Assembly: GCA_951406725.2 (NCBI GenBank)
Contig: OX597819.1
Coordinates: forward strand, 114,514,001 to 114,578,000
From: Octopus vulgaris
Taxonomy: Eukaryota
Direction of reading: 5' to 3'
DNA: 64,000 nucleotides
Under the pieces are notes generated by a model, which was not told the origin of the DNA, did not search any database, and saw nothing but the letters and a program-made list of their open reading frames with translations. Below are positions 41,613 through 54,327 of the stretch, one piece after another. The position numbers were made by a program, and so were the translations under genes. Every line of letters begins with the position of its first letter. Position 1 is the first letter of the stretch.

Positions 41613-42519
41613 GCTTAGATGAACTAACATTGTTTGCCTATGTTTAAGCGCGTATTCTGAACATTTTGACAGAACAACTAAAGATTCATTTTGATTTAAA
41701 GCATCATTTTGCAACCAACCGATTGTCAAGTATGTTTTCATCCGCATCAATACTGGAAAATAAGCTGTGATCTCGTATAATATTTCATTACTGCTCTCCA
41801 AAATCAGAAAGTCGCTTGTTATTGGTGAAAACTAGTTGTTAGTAGGGGTTTGAGTTCCTTTTAGTACAAGTCAGCGACTGATATAAGAAAATCATTCAAG
41901 TAATATTACAATACAACGACAAAAATTAGGGAAAAGGAAAGGATGTAGAAGACGTGCAGTTTTTGGATTGCTCAGTATTCATTGCAGTTAGATGAATCTG
42001 CTTGTGAATGGAGCCTAATTGTTAACTTACGTTGCTTCATATTATCCTTTCTATTATAGGCACATGTCGGAAATTCACTGGGAGAGGGATTGTCAATTTC
42101 ATTGATCCCAGTACTTGACTGGTACTTATTTTATCGACCCCGAAAGGATGAAAAGCAAAGTCATCCTCGACGGAATCTAAACTCAGAACGTAAAGACGGT
42201 TGAAATGAATTACAAGTTATTTATTTACCAGATATTTAGTAAAAACAAAACACTAAGAGTCGAAGTTTCTTCTTGTTGAGCAGTGTTTTCTCTTTTAAGA
42301 AAAGGAGAATCCTTTTGTGACATCTGCAAGTGATTGATATCCATTGATGGTAGGTTGTTTCCGCAGATTCGGTGTACTCTTTTTAAAATGTCAGTGAAGA
42401 AGAAACCGGTGATAAATTGCGTGTTCCACAACATTTAGTAGGAAAAAAATAGTGATCGTTTGCACCGATCAATACAATACATCATTACAGCAATTAACAA
42501 AGAACCATTATTTCTTATA

Positions 42520-42960
42520 GCAACAAGGGGATTCTCTTTTCCTCGATAGATGGGGAAGATTGTATGATGCTTGTGCACAACGTGTAATATTACACGGTGG
42601 TATAACATAGTCACCGAATGCGGAGGTTGTGCGAAAACTAGGAAGAAATGAAGTGAACATACTTTCCTGGGTATGTAACGTCTGTGAGTATGAACAACTG
42701 AGTATAAATGAACTAAGAGAAAACTGGGTATACAAGGAATCGGCTAGAGTGTACAACAGTGAGATTTCGTTGGCACGGACGGTGGCAGATAGGTAAAGAA
42801 GTGCCAAGCGATTCAAGCAGAATGAACTGGTGGAAGAGAAAGGTTGAGAAAGACTTCGCAAAAAAGTAATGAAGACTGATCGCAGAAAGTTGATTCCCAC
42901 GAAGGAGAGAACAGAGGATCGCAACAAACGGTAAAGAGCAATGTAAGAAAAGACGTGTTC
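42520..42960 (+). mobile_element. Degenerate RTE LINE C-terminal remnant
   Basis: GRLYDACAQRVILHGG...RKLGRNEVNILSWVCNV...INELREK...RFRWHG pattern with frameshifts. Confidence 0.65.
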
Positions 42961-43172
42961 CTCTCATGCAAGAACGTAAAATAATGAAGAGAATGATTCA
43001 GCAACATTTCTACTCTAACTACATATATGACACACAGATACATGCAACTATATTGTTATATGGTATACAGAAACACATATCTGCATTATATCATATTCAT
43101 CTCTATTATATGTTATACATACGTACATACATACATACATACATACATACATGCATACATGCATACATACAT

Positions 43173-43203
<31 letters not shown>

Positions 43204-43888
43204 TGCATACATACGTACATACATACAAACATACATAAATATATACATTCATACATACATACTCTTTTACTTGTTTCAGTCATGTGACTGTGGCCATGCT
43301 GGAGCACCGCCTTTAATCGAGCAAATCGACCCCAGGGCTTATTCTATGTAAGCTTAGTACTTATTCTATCGGTCTCTTTTGCCGAACCGCTAAGTTACGG
43401 GGGACGTAAACACACCAGCATCAGTTGTCAAGCGATGTTGGGATGACATATAGATTTTTTGCAAACAACTCGCAGATGCAAGTGCTACCAGTTGAAAGCT
43501 CTGCATACCGGATACTAGCAGGTTTATGAGCCCATCAGGAGAGAATGTGCGTCGTTTCGGGGCCTAGCTTTCGACGGCATCATTGTGCACCTCCTCCTCA
43601 CTCATTCAAATGTAACCCCGCTTGCTAGATCAACTGGTTTCGCTCGATATTCTTCTAGCCATTGCTCATCGTCTCTTTTTAAACAAATCCAGTGGCTTGC
43701 CTTTTCCAATGTAGTTTGGATATCACTCATGGTGGTATTTACTTTATGATGAGTTAGGCCTAACGATAACAACAGTCACCTCACACTGTCCTACGAATCC
43801 CCTACATCCGACTTCGACTGGAAAACGCTTCGCTTTCCAGCCTGCGTTTTCACTGTGTGCAGACTATTCGCCGACAGACAAATCTCAC

Positions 43889-44003
43889 GCGGCCTCAGAC
43901 TCGACACGGAGACCTACATCAAGTGCCTGGAGGAGGTTGTGCTGCCCTGCGTCAAGAGGGTGGCTGCTGGAACACACCATGCCTGGCAACAGGACTCTGC
44001 ACC
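43889..44003 (+). mobile_element. Tc1/mariner superfamily (maT/DD37D-like) transposase fragment
   Basis: GLRLDTETYIKCLEEVVLP...WQQDSAP. Confidence 0.6.
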
Positions 44004-44138
44004 TGGGGAAACACATCTACACTCAGGGATACACCAAACCATTTGTGCAGTATCCCATCCACGTGGGATCGATGCTACATAGGTTGAAACGATTGTAGTG
44101 ATCAATAAAGATTCTCATATCTTCCATCTCTCTCATTA

Positions 44139-44222
<84 letters not shown>

Positions 44223-44397
44223 TGTGTGTGTAGCTCGTCTGTTGTCATAAATTGTTGGAAGGTTTAAGCTTGAATAGTCGGAAATCGGCTCATCCTGCAT
44301 GTTCCTAACGATTGGTCACATAAGCCGGTCGTGTGAAGGCGTAATAATCGACCGAGTTCGTTTCTAGTCTGATTGGTCTAGTTTTACGTGGGATATA

Positions 44398-45640
44398 TCA
44401 GGTTGAGTAAAAAGTAATCAACGTTTTGAACCATGAAAAATTTGTACAGGATTTTTGCAGTTTTGAGTTTTTTTAACCTTACCAAGTGCTTCAATAAAAC
44501 AACATTGATATTTTTTTCACCGTTGTTACAATTATCTGAAATGGAAATGTCAAAACGCGATATTCAAGCAATTTTGTTGTTCAACTTCAAAAAAGGACGT
44601 AATACAGCTGAAACTGTTCGCGATATCAACTAAACGTTTGGTGAGAAAATGACCAGTGAGTTGTCAGCTCGAAAATGGTTTAAACGATTTCACAGTGGAG
44701 ACCTGAGCCTTGAAGATTGTGAGCTTAGTGGACGCCTATCTGTCATCAATGACGGTCAATTAAAGACCATCATTGAGAAAGATCCACATAAAACCACTCG
44801 AGAACTGGCAAAAGAACTTCAAGTTAGCCAGAAAACTGCCTGCAACAATTTGCATACGATTGGAAAATCATAAAAGCTCCACAAATGTGTACCACACGAT
44901 TTGAATGAAAATCACAAAATGCACAGATATGAAATTTGCTTGTCGCTTCTTCTCAGTAACCAGACCGATCAATTTCTCGACCGTATTGTAACTTACGATG
45001 AAAAGTAGATTCTGTACAGTCATAGAAAACATTCTTCGCAGTGGTTAGACCAAAATGAAGCACTGAAAACTTCCCTAAACCCGAGCTCTTCAAAAAGAAG
45101 GTTATGGTGACTGTTTGGTGGTGTACTGCTGGACTCATCCGCTATAACTTCTTAACCCCGAAAAAACCATTACTACAGAAACATATTGCCATGAAATTGC
45201 CAAAATGAACGAAAAACTGCTACTCCTCTGTTCCAGATTAGTCAACAGAAGAAGGCCAATCATCCTTCCCGACAATGCTCGACCACACGTTTCACTAATG
45301 ATGCTCCAGAAGTCAAGGGAACTTGGCTACGAAGTTCTTCCCCACCAAGCTTATTTTTCAGACCTTTCTCCTACCGTCTACCACCTTTTCAAGCACCTTG
45401 ATGATTTCCTGCGAGAGAAGGAGTTCAAAAATCAAACCGATGCTGAAAGTGCGTTCAGAGAGTTCATCAGCTCCAGAACTCCAGGTTTTTACGTTACTGG
45501 AATAAATACACTTGTAACTTGTTACCAAAAATGTGTCGATTGTAATGGTACTTACTTTGATGAATAAAATTTTCGCATTGTTGAAATATATTGTGATGAA
45601 TTCATGTTTCAAAACGTTGCTTACTTTTTACTCAACCTGA
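44398..45640 (+). mobile_element. Full-length mariner (DD34D-type) DNA transposon, inactive
   Basis: TIRs tcaggttgagtaaaaagtaa...ttactttttactcaacctga; TA target duplications at 44396-44397 and 45641-45642. Confidence 0.95.
44541..45567 (+). pseudogene. Mariner transposase pseudogene
   Basis: ARKWFKRF, LED..LSGR, CVPHDL, TYDEK, DNARPH and SDLSPTVYHLF motifs, with stops and frameshifts. Confidence 0.92.
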
Positions 45641-47059
45641 TAGCTTTGTATCCAATCGCGTTGTGTGATAGACCAACCAGCGCGGCAAAATCAAAAGCCC
45701 GTGTGAGCCTCATTTTATCTTTAAATATGAGATTTTTTTTTCTGTTTTCACCAGTGAGGTGAGAATTTCCTGGAAGTTATGCCACGTCATTTTATTCCTG
45801 TTGTTGAAGCGCAAGTAACCGAATTCCGATTGAATTGAGAAGCCGACTATGTATGATTTCTGCAGGCAGTTATCCTCATGATATATCCAACTTGTTTGCT
45901 GTACAAATTCATTTAGTAGGTGAATAAAGTGTCGCAGTTTATTGAAAACCCATTTTCTTGTATTTCTTTCCACTGTTTTATATATGGAACCAAGAACTTG
46001 TAATGCAAGGGCCAGAGGCACTGTATATTCTAGTGGTTAAGAGGCTTCACACAAGTAAATTTATATTAACAGACAATAGCAGAACGATAGAAGTAAGAAA
46101 AGGGAAAATAAAATTGAAATGCATTATTTTAATATTTCCCTTCTCTCAAGCATGACTAAATCGTCTTATAAAACAATTGAAACTGGTAGCATATTTTGCT
46201 AAAAATATATTTTCATTCTTTTGTCTATGATAAAGTTCTCTCGCTTATGTGAATGTGCGTGTGGCCACCTTCTTTGCTCTCTTCTTTCTTTTAAGCGTAG
46301 CTATTACCTTTTGCCCTCTGCCACAGCAACGCTAAATCTGTTTTACTCACCATTCTATTCTCTTCTTGCTTCCCGTTGAAATTGTACCTCTTTTATTTCT
46401 CTCTCCTTTTCTTTGTACGTGTCTCTTATTCTCACCGCTATTTTCAAATCATTTTAACTTTCTTTCTCTCCCTCACCCCTTTTTGTTTTAATCTCTTTTT
46501 CACTCTGAAAGTAACACCATTTCTTTCACTTTTCTATTTCTCTTTCCCTTTCTCTCTCCTTCTAGAAACGAAGTAGCAAGGTGACAAAATTAGCAGCTTT
46601 CATTAGATTTACAGCTAATTATACGAGTACGCAGTTAAACAAACTTTGTCTATGCGAACTCAAACTACAGTCACGACTAAATGTAGCTTTCCTTTTAATT
46701 TTTTCACGCAATTTGTTACAGATGATACTTCCATTAATAATGTCATGGAAAAAGCGAACTGCGACATGCGCGCATTTTGACAACGTTTACAATCAAGAAT
46801 CACTTCAATTAAATTGATTACATTAGTTCTGTAGAGATTACAAACCCTTGCATGGACGCAGAGCTCTTTAATGTTGTTAACACCCAGATGATTCATGGTC
46901 ACTGTGTTACTCTCAAAAGGAAGTCACATTACATAGATTAGAATGAATACACCAAAAGGTTTCCAAGACGTCTGTAAAGAAGAACCAAACTTTTTTAAAG
47001 GGAGCATCAGAAAATGAATGCTTCAAAACCTTGACTGGACAACATGAAATTTGACAACA

Positions 47060-47735
47060 GATAGATTTCTTTATTGGCCGCGCAGGGCTGAACACAGAAG
47101 GGACAAAATACAAAGTAGAGCTTGGGGGGGGGGGGAAGGAAAGGGGGGGGGGTGAAATTCCGATCAAAAGGATCGTGAGGAAAAATAAGTGGGTCCGATC
47201 AATAGGGATCGTGTATCACAAAAATGTCGATGTAAAAAGGGGGAACAGATTAGGTTTGTCTGTGGATAGAAAAGCCTACGGAAAAGACCACGGGAACCTT
47301 GGGCAATAGTATCATGCAAAAAGAAAACACATTACAGTAAGTGGCTCTCTTTTTTCCTTTCGCTTTTTTTCTTCTTTTGGTTCATAGGATTATGCTCAAG
47401 CTGGCTCCGTCATTCGCACGTGCCATCCTTGCTACATTCACCCATCTTTTTTTGAAGCATTCACTAGATAAAACTTCCCTCTCTACTCTCACCTTCCTCT
47501 TCAAGTAATACTTGAAGAAGTTGATGAGAGATTGACCAGAGAGGAAGGTGTTTGTCTCTAGACCTTTCAGACGCGCGTCCACCGTACAGATTCTTTCGCC
47601 ATAGCCCCAAGTACTATGAAAATGGCTCTTACTTCCCATTTCAAGGAAGGAGGCGCGACAATATTCACGATAGATGGATAGTTCTCTACTGCCCACACTT
47701 GACCTGGCTAACGCTAAGTATTCAGCTAGTCTCTC
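47060..47735 (-). mobile_element. Tx1/L1-like LINE 3' fragment
   Basis: AIFIVLGAMAKESVRW..RLKGL...LINFFKYYLKRKVRVERE...FKKRW; T-rich 3'UTR ending gccaataaagaaatctatct. Confidence 0.65.
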
Positions 47736-47748
47736 CCTACTCTCTCCA

Positions 47749-47844
<96 letters not shown>

Positions 47845-47924
47845 AATTGCAGCGTGGAAGGTGTTTGTAAGCCATTTAAGAAACACACAAAAGCCGTTCG
47901 ATTCACTTCAACATTTAAGTTTAA

Positions 47925-47974
47925 TTTGTCAAAATATTTTCGTCGCTAAAATCCGCGACCTGTTCACTGACAAA
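47925..47974 (-). ncRNA. Mirror copy of the G3:C8 hammerhead motif
   Basis: Reverse complement of 47988-48037, in the left palindrome arm. Confidence 0.6.
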
Positions 47975-47987
47975 AATAGCACGGATT

Positions 47988-48037
47988 TTTGTCAGTGAAC
48001 AGGTCGCGGTTTTTAGCGACGAAAATATTTTGACAAA
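47988..48037 (+). ncRNA. Minimal hammerhead ribozyme motif with G3:C8 core swap
   Basis: Stem I tttgtca/tgacaaa; core GTGAACA; stem II gtcgc/gcgac; GAAA; palindromic AATATT stem III. Confidence 0.6.
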
Positions 48038-48172
48038 TTAAACTTAAATGTTGAAGTGAATCGAACGGCTTTTGTGTGTTTCTTAAATGGCTTACAAACA
48101 CCTTCCACGCTGCAATTGTTTTCGTTTCAGCACACGATCTCAGATCAAATCACTTGCTATGCGAGTAGATCT

Positions 48173-48214
<42 letters not shown>

Positions 48215-48322
48215 TCGGGGTGAGTACTTGATAATTATAAGCACCTGTGTATACCGTTTGGTGGTGTAGGTGGTGGAGTAAATTGATCAAAATAAAAATA
48301 AAAACATGAGGCAAAGGATTCA

Positions 48323-48400
48323 GCGGTACATATGTTTCGGGCCTTTATTAGACAGATTTATAACAAAGCATAATGTGTGTCTGTGGCCTTCTTCAGCCGC
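48323..48400 (-). ncRNA. Mirror copy of the canonical hammerhead motif
   Basis: Reverse complement of 49192-49269. Confidence 0.75.
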
Positions 48401-49191
48401 GCACAACAGCTTCCACAAGGACATGTGTTACATCAAAAATTCTTGGTTGGGGATGCAAATCCTCTCGTTCACGTACGACATAATGCGGCAGCAGCATAGA
48501 ATTGAAGCGTCCATCTCTTTCTTCTCTCAATGTAGAATGAGGAAACTTGGATGTTGAGGTAATGTAAATAAATAAATACGTATATAGAGGTGAAGATGGA
48601 GGGGCGAGAGTTCGGGACGAGGGATAAAAAATATGTATAAAAAATGTACGTATAGAATAATATAAAAATGTAGAGGATAAAGATATAAAGAGTTGTAAGG
48701 AGATGTAAAGGGGGTATAAAGAAATATAAAGAAATATAAATAAATGTAAAGGCATAAGGTTTACTTCTTTTACTTCTTTTACTTCTTTTACTTCTTTTAC
48801 TATTATTTCCATTTCTATTTTTACTTTACAACCTTATGCCTTTACATTTATTTATATATTTCTTTATATTTCTTTATACCCCTTTACATCTCCTTACAAC
48901 TCTTTATATCTTTATCCTCTACATTTTTATATTATTCTATACGTACATTTTTTATACATATTTTTTATCCCTCGTCCCGAACTCTCGCCCCTCCATCTTC
49001 ACCTCTATATACGTATTTATTTATTTACATTACCTCAACATCCAAGTTTCCTCATTCTACATTGAGAGAAGAAAGAGATGGACGCTTCAATTCTATGCTG
49101 CTGCCGCATTATGTCGTACGTGAACGAGAGGATTTGCATCCCCAACCAAGAATTTTTGATGTAACACATGTCCTTGTGGAAGCTGTTGTGC

Positions 49192-49269
49192 GCGGCTGAA
49201 GAAGGCCACAGACACACATTATGCTTTGTTATAAATCTGTCTAATAAAGGCCCGAAACATATGTACCGC
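49192..49269 (+). ncRNA. Type I hammerhead ribozyme motif, canonical core
   Basis: Stem I gcgg/ccgc; CTGAAGA; extended stem II closed by ggcc/ggcc; GAAAC-ATAT-GT; GTA triplet. Confidence 0.75.
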
Positions 49270-49306
49270 TGAATCCTTTGCCTCATGTTTTTATTTTTAT
49301 TTTGAT

Positions 49307-49669
<363 letters not shown>

Positions 49670-49909
49670 ATATAAACATACATTCACATAGACATACGTA
49701 TGATGCGAATGTGTATCACACACACATACACAGTTTGCTGTTCGATGTTCTGATAACTCTCGTATACTTTCGCAGTAGGATGTTTCAAAACATAATTACT
49801 GGAATTATAAGCTTCATATATTTACATACCATACAACACATGATATGCTGCATTCTTTAAAAATTAGCATCTCTCTCTCTCTATATATATCTCTCTATAT
49901 ATCTCTCTA

Positions 49910-49945
<36 letters not shown>

Positions 49946-52482
49946 TCTCTCTTTCTTTCTTCCATCTTACAGAATGCATCTCTCGTAGGTCACTTGCGTG
50001 CAAGAAATAGCAACCAAATCTCCTTCAAATCACATCCACCAGTTTAAGGAAAGGCATTTTATGTATTACAGTTAATCTATATATTGGCCTGATAAAAGCA
50101 GACAGCATAAACATGGATAGAATGCTTTTGATCGTAGATCGTCTGCTCAATTGGGGTTGACCTAAAAATAAACAACAGACACACATACACACACACACAC
50201 GCACAAATTAATAAACACATAAACATTGTTGAAAAGATAATAAGACAAACAACAATGTAATTGACTAATTTAAATAAATTAACCCTAGATCGTTTTACGA
50301 CATGACATGCAAAGTCGACGAGGTTCTTTTGCAATGGTGTATTGTTTGTCATTAACGATGATGATTACGTGGTGGTAGATGTTGGTGGTGATAGTCGTTG
50401 TTTTTGTTGATGTTGTTGTTGTTGGGGAGGTAGTGGTGGTCGTGGTAGGGTGTATATTGTATTGGTGACGTTGGCGGTGGAGTGATGTTGGTAGTTCAAT
50501 TTTAACTGGTAATATTAATAGTGATGGCAGTGATGATGATGTTGACAGTTTCAGCTGGTATGATGGTGAAAATAGTATCAGCTATGTTGCTGTCAGTAGT
50601 GGTTATGGTGGTGGTGGTGGTAGTGGTGGTGGTGATGGTGGTAAGGTGCCAGAGTAGAGGGGCTGCGATGATGGTGGCGATTATAATGGTATGATATGAC
50701 GGGGTTAAAGATACTTCGCGATGCTGATAGCAAGTCTTAAGTTGAACACTGATCGAACAATCCTATGAGGCCAAACAACTAGGAGCATTCCACAGGTCCA
50801 TTTTTCCAGTTATACCATATTTTCGTCAAACTGAGGATCATACTGAATATACTGATAGGCAGTTATGAATCGTAAGAGGTACAGAGAGACAGTCCGAACA
50901 TATTTCACTCCCTCCATTCTCAAGCTATTTCTGTGCTTCCACAGATTCTGAATGGTGACCAATAAGTGGAGGACGAGGTGTGTCCAATAAGAGCGCAATA
51001 GTTACTGTTCTTATACATTTAGTGGTGTGCATCCCAGTATGTGCTGCCCCGGGACAGCCCATGAGTTTGCTGCTCTCCGTCCCCCATCAATTATACAGTA
51101 AACTCAAAAGTGCTGCCCTCGTAAAACTGTTGCTCTTGGTGGACCACTCCACGGCCCCTCCTCTACCCAACGACGCAACTACCCCAGGTGCAGTTTTTGG
51201 GACAAGTGAGACTATTAATGATGTAAGCATTTCCATGAGTTTGTATTCTTTATGCTTGTCTGGGTTGAGTTGGAATGGCGGTGCATTTAGGACACTGTTG
51301 TAACCGTGCTCTTGGTCCGGTTGTTAGGGGTTGGTTTTTCATGTAGTGACAGGAACTATGAGGTTTGAAGCTTTCTGTAGCCACAAACTGAGTCCTTTGC
51401 ATATCCACGTGATCTGTCATCTTTTAGTATTTTTATTTCGTTGAGTCGGCAGCCTGCAGGTTAATCCGAGTACAACCTATTATGTATAGTGAGCTGTTTT
51501 ATGTATAACTAATTATTGTCTGAAGTACAGAGATTGGAGACCAGACATAACTAGCGTTGTCGAGGGGCAACCTTAATGCATTATTTGCACACCATTATTG
51601 GGCGTTAGAAAGATTAAGTGTTGAACAGTAAAATATATTTCTGGTAAACGAAGGGCTACAGTGTATGTTTGTATGCCTGTAATATTAGTTGTGCGTGTTT
51701 GTGAACATTTGGTCGAATTTTTGACAGTGTACGCGTATATACCAGCTTTAATCCTTTAGTATTCAAATAATTTTGTCCACTGATTTGAATTAATCATGCA
51801 TTATCATCGATATTTCGATGATCTGATTATATATTTTTAGAATGACACTGTTGGGTAGGTGTGTGACGCCAGATCTAACCAGTTTTAACATAAAAACTGT
51901 TAGAATATCTGGGCTGGATATGGCCGGTTTAAATGCTAAACAGTTATGGTAAGCTAGTGATGTCAATTGGATGACAAGTGATTGAGATGGAATTGGTGAT
52001 GTGGTTGCAGCCGTTGCCGTTTTGTGACGACGGCAATGGTACTGACCACTACCAATGTGTTGTCTTCGCTGATTATATTTCTCACGAATGCCAAGAACCA
52101 ATTAAGCAATGAACTGTTTCTATTTTTATAACAGTCATTAGAAAGCTGAATCATGAATTGTAGGATCAAGAGAACAGTTTTGATTGGTCGATTTAGACCA
52201 AATAAATGCATTTTTATTCTGGGTTACAACACAAAGTATCAACAAAAACACAAGCTTGTAAATGTGCCAAGATTTGCAAACAGTGAACCAAGAGTTCGGG
52301 TTTCGAATTCTGGCTAAACTTTTCGCTACAATTGCAAAACTGTAAATGCAGTAGACGAAAAGTTTACGGAGTCAAAAATATGCACAAAGAAAAATGGATC
52401 TGCTCAAATTGTTGGCGTTGGTTAGCAGATGTCATAAATATGGGATGATCCCATTTTTTTAATTGTTTACATAAGAAACAAA

Positions 52483-52523
<41 letters not shown>

Positions 52524-52777
52524 AGGCCGTCTTAAACCCCGCGTTACGCCTCTACATGTTATTTACGGGACTACTTTAGGAAAGATCTGTTCTCCTGGCT
52601 TCAGAAATGAAAAGATCCAATAGCACTACTAAACACCGCACACATTTTACGTAAAACACTTTCAATACTGTGAAAATAAGAGCATCACAACAAACCACGG
52701 CACATATCCAAGGCACACAGAGCTGCGCTCAGTAGTGCAGTGAAAGCACGTGATAAAAATATAAAGAAGACTACGAA

Positions 52778-52786
52778 ATAATAATG

Positions 52787-52877
<91 letters not shown>

Positions 52878-52885
52878 TAATAATA
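52778..52885. repeat. (TAA)n microsatellite; also 59656-59790
   Basis: Visible. Confidence 0.95.
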
Positions 52886-53329
52886 ACAACAACAATAGAA
52901 CATATCCTTGGGTGGCTGACAATATGTGCATTCTGATCACGAGCAGAGGTAGTGGAGGAGCATCATAGCCATGTGTTGAGAGGAATTATTTGAAGTTTGA
53001 ATAATTCACCTCTGGAAACATGGGTGTTTCGTTCAACATTCTTGAATAATCCTTTTTCAAGGACCATTTGAACAGGATGGGCTACGCATGCGCTGTTTAT
53101 CTTGATATGAAATCATCATGTCACACACATATGGTTGTGATCCATGTACCTGATGTATCCTTATCAGACGGGTAGTCATGATGGGTATACTGGGCTTCGT
53201 ATAGTTTACCCCAGTGTCACTTAGATGGCATGCACTGCTCTTTCACTCAATAATATTAAAAAGAACAAACAGAAGGTAAAGAACCATACTGGCGTAGATG
53301 AATTTGTGAGAAAAGAAAGAATGGTGGCT

Positions 53330-53967
53330 GAGGATTAGTATAGACCATTATATAAGGAGTGAAAGGAGAACGCTTGCCGAGTATTTGATAAATAGTGATG
53401 AAGAGCTGCTGCAATATGCCGCGAAAGATATGGGTGTAAAAGCAGATGAAATGATGGGCAAGGAAGAATTTAACAAAAGAGCTGAGGAGAAGAGAAAAGA
53501 TCTTCTTGAAATGAGAATACATGGACAGTTTGAAAGGAATACACAGGACGTTAAGGATAATATAGCATCGTGGTCATGGCTTGAGCGAGGAGATCTGAAG
53601 CGTACTGCCGACAGCCTGATCATTGCTGCACAAGACCAGGCTCTCGTTACCAAGTCAGTGAAGTATAACATCTATAAAACTTCTGACACTCTGAAATGCA
53701 GATTCTTTGGAAAGAGTGTGGTAAATGTGACTCATTTGGTAAGTAGATGTGAGAGCCTCGCACAAAAAGAATACAAGAGCCGTCACGATAAAGTGTGTGC
53801 GTATCTTCATTGGCTCTTATACCGTCAATATCAATATGAAGTAACAGAGAACTAGTATCAGCATGTACCAAGTAAAGTTATACAGGAGAATGGAAAAGTA
53901 ACGATACTCTGGAACTATGATTTTCAGACGGATCGTGTAATCGAACACCGTCGGCCGGATATTATCA
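53330..53967 (+). mobile_element. R4/Dong-clade non-LTR retrotransposon, 5' part of C-terminal fragment
   Basis: HGQF, WL..GDL, IIAAQDQAL, degenerate CCHC finger, RHDKV, LWNYDFQTDRVIEHRRPDII (restriction-like endonuclease). Confidence 0.85.
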
Positions 53968-54156
53968 TCTAATACATATGTAGGACATTCTGTCTGTGGG
54001 TGTGTTTGTGGAGTTGTTAGCTAACTCCTCCTACATCGTTTTATCGATTTTGATGAAACTTGACACTTGAGTAGAACTCATGTCTGGAAACCTCATTGCA
54101 TACTCCCTTTGTTGAAAAAATCGATAATAAGGCCCTTTGAAGGAATGGAAAGAATC

Positions 54157-54212
<56 letters not shown>

Positions 54213-54213
<1 letters not shown>

Positions 54214-54275
54214 TAGCTGAAGGTGACCCGCTCTACGCGCGGGTAAGAGTGTGGTATATATATATAAATGTATAC

Positions 54276-54327
<52 letters not shown>

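Larger units (their letters stand above)
47841..48175. mobile_element. Palindromic short PLE-pLTR-like element in a (TA)n tract
   Basis: Arms 47841-47977 and 47985-48121 (137 bp, one mismatch seen), 7-bp spacer. The tail 48132-48175 is also present as a fragment at ~37722-37765, again between TA runs. Confidence 0.75.
48282..49310. mobile_element. ~1-kb palindrome made of two inverted PLE 3'/pLTR segments
   Basis: Arms 48282-48761 and 48830-49310 are near-identical reverse complements. The spacer contains (ttacttctt)n. The right end runs into (TA)n. Each arm carries a hammerhead. Confidence 0.8.

Noticed and set aside
52662-52940. Poly-Leu/poly-Tyr ORFs, and poly-Ile at 59608-59913
   Set aside because: Translations of (TAA)n.
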